Shown piece by piece: positions 8,562-14,561 of a stretch of DNA of 14,561 nt. Numbering within the stretch: position 1 is the stretch's first letter; each line of letters opens with the position of its first letter. Source of the DNA: a bacterium (GTDB lineage Bacteria > SZUA-182 > DTGQ01 > JAFGSM01); assembly GCA_049472355.1 (NCBI GenBank), contig JBLIRP010000091.1, positions 1 to 14,561 of the forward strand, read 5' to 3'. The notes beneath the pieces were generated by a model. That model was not told where the DNA came from and ran no database searches. It was given only the letters and a program-made list of their open reading frames with translations. Position numbers and translations under genes: made by a program.

Positions 8562-10950
8562 CCTTTTCCTTTCTCTGTTCTTCCTGGACCTGCGAACCGG
8601 GATATACAATCCGGGGATGGAATATTCCGGTGAGGATGAGGTTGAAGGAACTGGCGATCTGATGGAGATCCTTGAGGGTAAGCTCACACTCATCCAACTG
8701 CCCGTCCCGGAAGATGTTGTTGATGGTGTTTTGAATCATGCCCTGAATCCGGGAGGGACGTGGATCGGTCAGTGTCCTCGATGTTGCCTCGACCGCGTCG
8801 GCGAGCATGACGATCCCCGCCTCCTTGGTCTGAGGCTTCGGGCCGGGATAGCGGTAATCCTCCTCCTTGACCTCCTGGCCGTCCTTTGCCTTCATCTCCT
8901 TCGCCTTGGCATAAAAGTACTTGATAAGTGCGGTCCCGTGATGCTGTTGTATGATGTCGATGATCGGCTTGTTCAGTTTGTATTTCCTTCCCAGTTCCAT
9001 GCCGTCCTTGACGTGCGAACTGAGGATGAGGCCACTCATGCTCGGCGAGAGGTTTTCATGTTCGTTACGGTAGTTCATCTGGTTCTCGATATAGTACCGG
9101 GGCATCTTGACCTTCCCGATATCATGGTAGTAGGCGGCGACGCGGGCGAGGAGGGAATTGGCATTGATGGCCTCGCAGGCGGCCTCCGCAAGATTGGCCA
9201 CCACGATGCAATGGTGATAGGTGCCCGGGGCCTCGATGGCGAGACGACGCAGGAGCGGTTGATTCAGATTGAGCAATTCCAGCAGCCTCACATCGGTCGT
9301 CACCTGGAAGAGCCACTCCATGAGGGGCATGAGGGCAAGAACGAGGGCCATGACCGAGATGCCTCCCAGGAAACCGAAAAATATGTCAAAGAGCCCTGTC
9401 AGGGAGAAAAGCGTTCCCTGTATCAGGTCCAGGGGAATAACGATCCCCACGTTCACCAGGCCGACGATAAGGCCGGATTGTACGATGGATGCCCGGTTCT
9501 TCTTCAGCGAGAGGAGGTAGATGCCTCCCAGGCTTCCCAGAAACGCAAGTATGAAGAAACCCAGGTCGCGGTTCAGGAGTATCCCCGATAGTATAGCCAC
9601 AATGGCGGCGACCACCACCGCTATTTGGGCATCGAGGAGGATGGCCACGATGAATGCGGCTGCTGCAAAGGGAAAGGCATAGTAATAGCTCGAAACAGGG
9701 ATGATCTGTATCGTTGAGTGGAGCCCCTGGGCGATGAATACCCCGACACGCATCAGGAATATGGTTATGATGATGCTCAGGGATATGAGCAGGAGATTTT
9801 TCAGGCTCGACACCGGTTTCAGATGAAATCGCTTCAGAAGGATGAACAGGATCATCAGGCTGAGCCCGACAATAAGAATCAAGCCAATGATGGTCTGAAC
9901 CACCTGTTCGCTCTTCTTCACATCCATCAACGCATTCAATTTCTCCACCTGATCGAGCTTCGCCCGTTCCCCCTCCCGGATGATCATCTCCCCCTTTTTT
10001 ATATGAAAAAAGGCGGGCTTGACCGCCTGCCGGGCGCGCTCCATACGGGCGCGCGTCTCGCTGAGGTTGAATGTCAGGTTGGGGGATATGATGCCGTGGA
10101 GTATGGCGATCACCTTCTCCTGCAATTTCTGATCATCGGGCAGCAGGGATTGCTGTTTCGTCTCCACGAGTTTCTTGGCGCCTTCCAGGTCCAGTATCTG
10201 GGAGATGTCTTCCACCTTGAACTCGCTTTGCGTGCTCACATTCCTCCAGATGAGCCCCCGCTCCCGTTCGTTGAAATTGAATGAATAGCTCGGAATGATC
10301 CCCTTCTTCATCACCTCATTGAGCGCCTGGATCATCCCCCTCTCGATATCGGTATCAAAATTGCGTTTTTCGAACATGAGGTAGGTCTTATACTCAAGAC
10401 CGATACCACCTGTCTGGGTGAATTTCGTCCACTCCTGCTCCCAATCCTTTTCCGTATCCGGTGAAGGTGCGGCACCGGAGGGGGCGGCCCCCTTCTTTTT
10501 TGTCTCCTCCTGTACCGGCGCATTTGCATCCTCGAGAGACTGGGGATTCTTCATCAGATAGAATGCGCGCATATGTTCGAACAGCCCCTGGATGCGCTCC
10601 ACCAGCTCCGAACGGAGGCTGTTGTTGTAATCATATACGGGGAGCACCGCCCTCTCCGCATCATTTTGCCGCTGTATCGTGGTCTCATGATCCTCGACCG
10701 AGAGGTCCCAGGGGGCCTTGATGTTTTTGGCGCTTATATCGCCGACCTCCACGGAGGAGATCTTGAACCTGAGACTGGGAACGATAAAGAGGGCGAGAAC
10801 CAGGGTGAGGGCGATCCAGAGCATGTATAACCGGAAACGGTACTCCTGATAGACGGGGGTCTTCTTCCCCTTTTGCAGGGCACCCGTGCCGGTCCCCTTT
10901 TTTTGAGGGGAGAGTTCCTTGATTTTTACCTTTTTGGGCTTGTCAGCCAT
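8431..10950 (-). CDS. 7TM-HD membrane phosphohydrolase (PgpH/YqfF family, putative cyclic-di-AMP phosphodiesterase)
   Basis: N-terminal TM, a large extracytoplasmic region (VGDISAKNIKAP, IKKGEMIIREGE), about 7 TM helices, then an HD domain with APGTYHH, YYHDIGK, QHHGT, YRYPGPKP and MLADAVEA. It occupies the conserved position between phoH and ybeY. Confidence 0.92.
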   Translation of the reverse strand: MADKPKKVKIKELSPQKKGTGTGALQKGKKTPVYQEYRFRLYMLWIALTLVLALFIVPSLRFKISSVEVGDISAKNIKAPWDLSVEDHETTIQRQNDAERAVLPVYDYNNSLRSELVERIQGLFEHMRAFYLMKNPQSLEDANAPVQEETKKKGAAPSGAAPSPDTEKDWEQEWTKFTQTGGIGLEYKTYLMFEKRNFDTDIERGMIQALNEVMKKGIIPSYSFNFNERERGLIWRNVSTQSEFKVEDISQILDLEGAKKLVETKQQSLLPDDQKLQEKVIAILHGIISPNLTFNLSETRARMERARQAVKPAFFHIKKGEMIIREGERAKLDQVEKLNALMDVKKSEQVVQTIIGLILIVGLSLMILFILLKRFHLKPVSSLKNLLLISLSIIITIFLMRVGVFIAQGLHSTIQIIPVSSYYYAFPFAAAAFIVAILLDAQIAVVVAAIVAILSGILLNRDLGFFILAFLGSLGGIYLLSLKKNRASIVQSGLIVGLVNVGIVIPLDLIQGTLFSLTGLFDIFFGFLGGISVMALVLALMPLMEWLFQVTTDVRLLELLNLNQPLLRRLAIEAPGTYHHCIVVANLAEAACEAINANSLLARVAAYYHDIGKVKMPRYYIENQMNYRNEHENLSPSMSGLILSSHVKDGMELGRKYKLNKPIIDIIQQHHGTALIKYFYAKAKEMKAKDGQEVKEEDYRYPGPKPQTKEAGIVMLADAVEATSRTLTDPRPSRIQGMIQNTINNIFRDGQLDECELTLKDLHQIASSFNLILTGIFHPRIVYPGSQVQEEQRKEKGGDIYPKPAKEGKSGNPADEEGGGEDIRRLGLTNPGGEHPIRK

Positions 10951-10955
10951 CCCCT

Positions 10956-11894
10956 TTATCCTCTTGAAGGCTGGGTCTTGTGATATTCCTCATAGGCCTT
11001 CACTATCTGCTGGACAAGGTTATGGCGCACCACATCCAGCTCAGAGAAATACACGAACTTGATCCCCTCGATCCTCCCCAGGATGGACTGAACCTCTACC
11101 AGTCCCGATACCCGCTCGGGAGGAAGGTCGATCTGGGTGATATCGCCGGTGACCACCGCCTTGGAGCCGAATCCCAGCCGGGTGAGGAACATCATCATCT
11201 GCTCGGAGGTGGTATTCTGGGCCTCGTCCAGTATGACAAAGGCATCGTTGAGTGTCCTGCCGCGCATATAGGCGAGCGGGGCGATCTCTATGGTGTCCCG
11301 CTCGATCAATCGCTTCGCCCTGTCCGGATCCATCATGTCATAGAGCGCATCGTACAGGGGACGAAGATAGGGATTGACCTTTTCATACAGATCACCGGGC
11401 AGGTATCCCAGGCGCTCCCCCGCCTCAACCGCGGGTCTGGTCAGGACGATCCTGGTGACCTGCTTTTCGATGTAGGCGGAAACCGCCATGGCCATTGCCA
11501 GATAGGTCTTGCCCGTTCCGGCGGGACCTATGCCGAACACGATGTCGAAGGTGCGCATGGCGTCGATATAGAGCTTTTGCACCTTGCTCTTCGGCCTGAT
11601 AATCCTCTTATGCCCGGGCACTTCAATACGATCGAGGAAAATCTCCTTCAGATCCACCGCAGGGTCTTGCTTGACCAGCCTGTCGATGAATCTGATATCC
11701 TCCTCCCTGACCACATACCCAAGATTGGCCAGGGAAATCAGCTTTTCCACCACCAGTGCCGCCTTTTCCACGTTGGCGGGCGGACCCTGGACGTGGAGCT
11801 CGTTTCCTCGGGTGGATATCCTGACATGGTACAATCCCTCAATCACCCTGATATTCCTGTCCTGATGGCCCAGAAACGCAGGGACGCTCTCCAT
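10956..11894 (-). CDS. phoH: PhoH-family ATPase (YbeZ/PhoL type with N-terminal KH-like region); true start may be further upstream
   Basis: Walker A GPAGTGKT, plus LTRPAVEAGERLGYLPGD, PYLRPLYDAL, APLAYMRGRTLN, LDEAQN, GDITQIDLP and DVVRH motifs. Confidence 0.96.
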   Translation of the reverse strand: MESVPAFLGHQDRNIRVIEGLYHVRISTRGNELHVQGPPANVEKAALVVEKLISLANLGYVVREEDIRFIDRLVKQDPAVDLKEIFLDRIEVPGHKRIIRPKSKVQKLYIDAMRTFDIVFGIGPAGTGKTYLAMAMAVSAYIEKQVTRIVLTRPAVEAGERLGYLPGDLYEKVNPYLRPLYDALYDMMDPDRAKRLIERDTIEIAPLAYMRGRTLNDAFVILDEAQNTTSEQMMMFLTRLGFGSKAVVTGDITQIDLPPERVSGLVEVQSILGRIEGIKFVYFSELDVVRHNLVQQIVKAYEEYHKTQPSRG

Positions 11895-12104
11895 TGCCGC
11901 AAGGTCGAACGTGCAGGATCGGTTATTCGCTATGTCCTTTGATCCAGAAATCGCTATGTTTCCCCACCATAGAGTGACGGTTCACAATTCTCCGGTGAAC
12001 GCATAGTCTCCACCCCTCGGTGAACAGCTGTTTGCCCGTCCGCGGCGCCTCCAACCGGTCACATTCCGCGGTTGAACCAGCACGTCGGGCATCATGCGCC
12101 CATC

Positions 12105-12146
12105 AAAAAAAGACCCCTGATTTCTCGAAGAGGAACAGGGGTCTTT
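12105..12146 (-). terminator. Rho-independent terminator downstream of the LysM lipoprotein gene
   Basis: Minus strand reads AAAGACCCCTG-TTCCTCTTCGAGAAAT-CAGGGGTC-TTTTTTT: a GC-rich stem followed by a run of 7 T, about 75 nt after the stop at 12221. Confidence 0.88.
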
Positions 12147-12220
12147 AGTCGAATGCTTTGTATCTTTTCTGTGCGAAATCGATGTTGTGGCCAATGTCTC
12201 CACGCCACCAGGGGACGGGC

Positions 12221-13054
12221 CTATTTGCCGTCAAAGAGAGACCATGGCCCCCGGTGTTTGGCCGTATAAACGGCATCCTCAGCCTCTCCGGGGCTATAGT
12301 TTCTCGGTATCTTGAAGCTCTGGCCGGGATAGATCAAATCAGGGTCCTTGATCTGTGAGCGATTTGCCCGATAAATCAACGGCCACTTAAAGGGGTCCGC
12401 ATACACGACATCATAATCCGAAATGACCCAAAGGCATTCCCCTTTTTGAACGATGTGGCTCCCGTCGGTTTTTTCAGGCACCCTGGGTTGCTCCACCACC
12501 TTTTGCGATTCGATCTCTGCAGCGCGTTTGGCGGCAAGCTCGAGCCTGCGGGCCCTCTTCGCCACATCCTCAGCCTTTTCAATGGCGATGGGGTACTGGC
12601 CCCCGATATATGCGGTGTCCGCCTCTCCGTATAATGCCTCCACATTGCGATACCCCTGGGGATCATGGGTCTCCGCCCCTGCCATTTTTGCCGCCGTAAG
12701 CGCATCCCTTGCATTTTTGAGTGCAGCGGAGGCCTGTTCCCGTAGTTTCATCAGTTCCTCTTCAGCAATGCTCTTGGCAATAAGCGCCCTATCCCTTGCC
12801 TCGATGGCCAGGTTTTTCGCCTCACCGTAGATCCTCGCCTCATGCTTGCGACGTGCCTCTTCGAGCTTCGACTCAGCGCTTTCATACTCCTGGGCTGCGT
12901 ACCTTTCAGCCCCTGCTGCTCTCGCAGCCGCAAGGGCAGCCTCTGCATCGGCAATCTCCTTTGTAGGCGGAGGTGTACATCCATAAGAAAGGAACATCAC
13001 ACACACGGCAACCCCACATAAACAAAGAACTGCAACTGATTTGAAACGGCCCAC
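12221..13054 (-). CDS. Lipoprotein with Ala-rich DUF4398-like helical repeats and a C-terminal LysM peptidoglycan-binding domain
   Basis: GTG at 13054 with AAGGGGGT SD. Signal peptide ends in lipobox LSYG-C. Two Ala-rich helical segments (AEAALAAARAAGAERYA; ARDALTAAKMAGAETHD), then LysM HIVQKGECLWVIS...KWPLIYRANRSQIKDPDLIYPGQSFKIP. Confidence 0.88.
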   Translation of the reverse strand: MGRFKSVAVLCLCGVAVCVMFLSYGCTPPPTKEIADAEAALAAARAAGAERYAAQEYESAESKLEEARRKHEARIYGEAKNLAIEARDRALIAKSIAEEELMKLREQASAALKNARDALTAAKMAGAETHDPQGYRNVEALYGEADTAYIGGQYPIAIEKAEDVAKRARRLELAAKRAAEIESQKVVEQPRVPEKTDGSHIVQKGECLWVISDYDVVYADPFKWPLIYRANRSQIKDPDLIYPGQSFKIPRNYSPGEAEDAVYTAKHRGPWSLFDGK

Positions 13055-13107
13055 GGTTTCGACCCCCTTTCGATTAAAATTCCCCTTTTGCACCGATTTT
13101 TGTTTGG

Positions 13108-13136
13108 ATATTAACATCCTCCCCATTCGTTGTCAA
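13108..13136 (-). promoter_or_regulatory. sigma70 promoter of the LysM lipoprotein gene
   Basis: TTGACA (13136-13131), 17-nt spacer, TAATAT (13113-13108), with an extended -10 TG. It overlaps the track's ATG at 13126, which argues for the downstream GTG start. Confidence 0.75.
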
Positions 13137-13217
13137 GAAAAGGGAGTGGCCAAGGAGATCGCGTAAACGGTCTGCACCGTCTATTGTACTTATCGTCATT
13201 TCAAAGGGTTGACTTTC

Positions 13218-13304
13218 ACCAAGCTTGCCAGGCGCAGCGAAGCGAAGCACTATGCTGCCCTTTGCATCTACCAATAGGGTTTGCGATTCAACTTCAAACC
13301 AAAC
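13218..13304. repeat. Second, inverted, single copy of the REP-like element found at ~3712-3835
   Basis: Reverse complement reads GTTTGGTTTGAAGTTGAATCGCAAACCCTATTGGTAGATGCAAAGGGCAGCATAGTGCTTCGCTTCGCTGCGCCTGGCAAGCTTGGT, which aligns by eye with GTCTGGTTGGCAAGTAGCGAACCCTTTTGGCGGCCGAAAGGGGCAGCGTAGAGGCTCCGCTTCGCTTCGCCCT...GGCAAGCTTGGT. Confidence 0.82.
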
Positions 13305-13338
13305 CCTCCTCAACCGAACCGCAAATCCGCTTTGGTCA

Positions 13339-14433
13339 TTACGTCTTGACCCTCACAAGGAGAAGCATCCCCAGAAGGCCGAAGAGTACATTCCCGGCCC
13401 AGGCCCCGGCAAGGGGCGGGATGATCCCTGCATGGGCCATGGATACACCAATATACATGATGATCCAGTACACAAAGGCCACCCCCAGGGCGAGGCCCAG
13501 GCTGATGTACCGTACCCCCCGGTGCAGGCGGGTTGCAAAGGGGATACCGAGAAGTCCGAAGATGAAGCAGGCCAGGGGAAAGGCCCACTTAAAATACAGA
13601 TCGGTCATCTGGACGGCGGTGTCATACCCCCATTCCTGGAGTCTTCCGATGTACTGTTTCAATTCCCCGTACCTCATCTCGGCGGAGTCCTTTTGAAGCC
13701 GGGAAAAATCCTCGAATTCCTCCGGCCATGCCACGACCCTCTGTGAGATCATTTCCGCCTCGGGTATTCCCTGGTCAAAACTCCATACCTCTCCGTTGCG
13801 CAGGTGCCAGAAGCCGTTGCGGTAACAGCACTCCTCCAGGTCCCACCGCCGGGTCAGATGAAAGCCCTCGTCCACCTCGAAAACGGTGACCCCGGCAAGG
13901 CATTGTTGTTCTTCATCCACAACCTGAAGGTGGAAAAAGCGCCCCTGCTTCCCGGCAAGCCATATTCTCCCCTGGAGGAGTTTTGTCCTGGGCTTCTCAC
14001 CCTTGATCTGGTCGAGTAACGCCGAGGATTCCTGGACCAGCATCGGCGACAGATACTCCTGGTACACCCCGGTACAGAGGCTGAGCCCCAGGCAGAGGCA
14101 GAGGAGCGGGAGGATGATTTGAAACAGGTTGATCCCTCCCGACAGCATGGCGGTCAATTCCCCATCCCGAGCCATTCCGCCCAGGGTCAGAAGGATGGCC
14201 ATCAACACTGCCACCGGCAGGATCTGAAAAAGGATCTGGGGAAGACGAAGCGCGAGATACCGAAACAAAATCCAGGAGGAAAGCTGCTGGGACATGAGAT
14301 TGTCCACTCGTTCGAAGAACTCCACCAGCATATATATGGAGGTCAAACCTGCCAGGCAGATCGAAAGCCGGGAAACGAATTTCTTGATGACGTATGCGGT
14401 CAGTATGCCGGGACACAGGGGCCGGTATCCCAT
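13339..14433 (-). CDS. lptG: LPS export ABC transporter permease, LptF/LptG (YjgP/YjgQ) family; probably LptG
   Basis: ILTAYVIKKF N-terminus, RLPQILFQILP, ARDGELTAMLSGGI, a periplasmic beta-rich region, KWAFPLAC and IPPLAGAWAGNVLF. It is the second gene of a tandem pair; the ATG at 14433 overlaps the upstream stop (TGATG). Confidence 0.88.
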   Translation of the reverse strand: MGYRPLCPGILTAYVIKKFVSRLSICLAGLTSIYMLVEFFERVDNLMSQQLSSWILFRYLALRLPQILFQILPVAVLMAILLTLGGMARDGELTAMLSGGINLFQIILPLLCLCLGLSLCTGVYQEYLSPMLVQESSALLDQIKGEKPRTKLLQGRIWLAGKQGRFFHLQVVDEEQQCLAGVTVFEVDEGFHLTRRWDLEECCYRNGFWHLRNGEVWSFDQGIPEAEMISQRVVAWPEEFEDFSRLQKDSAEMRYGELKQYIGRLQEWGYDTAVQMTDLYFKWAFPLACFIFGLLGIPFATRLHRGVRYISLGLALGVAFVYWIIMYIGVSMAHAGIIPPLAGAWAGNVLFGLLGMLLLVRVKT

Positions 14434-14561
14434 CAGAATACCCCCTTGAACAGTCCCACCCCTGTTGCCGCAAAGGTGATATTGGGAAGCCACCCGGCGA
14501 TCCAGGGGGGGAGCCACCCGGCAGTACTGAGCCTTGAGCCGGCGGTCAGGAGCAGGTAGTA
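14433..14561 (-). CDS. lptF: 3' end of an LptF/LptG-family permease; probably LptF (partial)
   Basis: Manual translation gives YYLLLTAGSRLSTAGWLPPWIAGWLPNITFAATGVGLFKGVF*, with the family's C-terminal LPPxxAxWLPN motif. The stop is coupled to the lptG start. Confidence 0.8.
   Translation of the reverse strand, partial: YYLLLTAGSRLSTAGWLPPWIAGWLPNITFAATGVGLFKGVF

Noticed and set aside
8562..8693. N-terminal extension of YbeY in the ORF track
   Set aside because: Non-homologous Ser/Pro-rich sequence lying inside the conserved HD domain of the upstream gene. The GTG at 8561 has an SD and gives a normal length.
5094..11942. Long plus-strand ORFs 5094-6170, 8407-9591, 9718-10284 and 10980-11942
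   Set aside because: Antisense to well-supported genes (glcD, 7TM-HD, phoH), as expected in GC-rich coding DNA.
11970..12104. Possible 6S RNA or riboswitch upstream of phoH
   Set aside because: No recognisable conserved motif or long rod-like pairing by eye. An Rfam scan would be needed to exclude it fully.
3697..13304. Inverted repeats as the ends of a 9.5-kb transposon or invertible segment
   Set aside because: The enclosed genes are core housekeeping genes, there is no transposase or recombinase, the copies are clearly diverged, and I saw no target-site duplication.

Overview
Chromosomal, mostly housekeeping region of a diderm (Gram-negative) bacterium, judged from lptF/lptG and a Desulfobacterota/Nitrospirota-like gene order (inferred only). 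Almost all genes are on the minus strand. Reading right to left: the 3' end of lptF, lptG, a DUF4398-like/LysM lipoprotein with its own sigma70 promoter and terminator, then a tightly packed run of phoH, a 7TM-HD (PgpH-like) phosphodiesterase, ybeY, corC/ybeX, a REC-GGDEF diguanylate cyclase and a glcD-like FAD oxidase. Next come two plus-strand genes: a stand-alone receiver protein and a 46-aa very basic ORF, absent from the ORF track, behind a near-consensus promoter. Finally there is a secreted Pro/Ser/Tyr-rich orphan protein, nadE, and a YyaL/DUF255 thioredoxin-domain gene that runs off the left edge and is also absent from the track. I see no mobile element, CRISPR array, RNA gene or recognisable defence system. 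The items most worth a second look are a REP-like palindromic element present twice in inverted orientation about 9.4 kb apart (one copy locally amplified in tandem), the small basic ORF, a probable non-canonical ATA start for phoH, an atypical receiver domain on the cyclase, and a 131-nt PgpH/ybeY overlap. All calls come from manual reading; no database searches were run.
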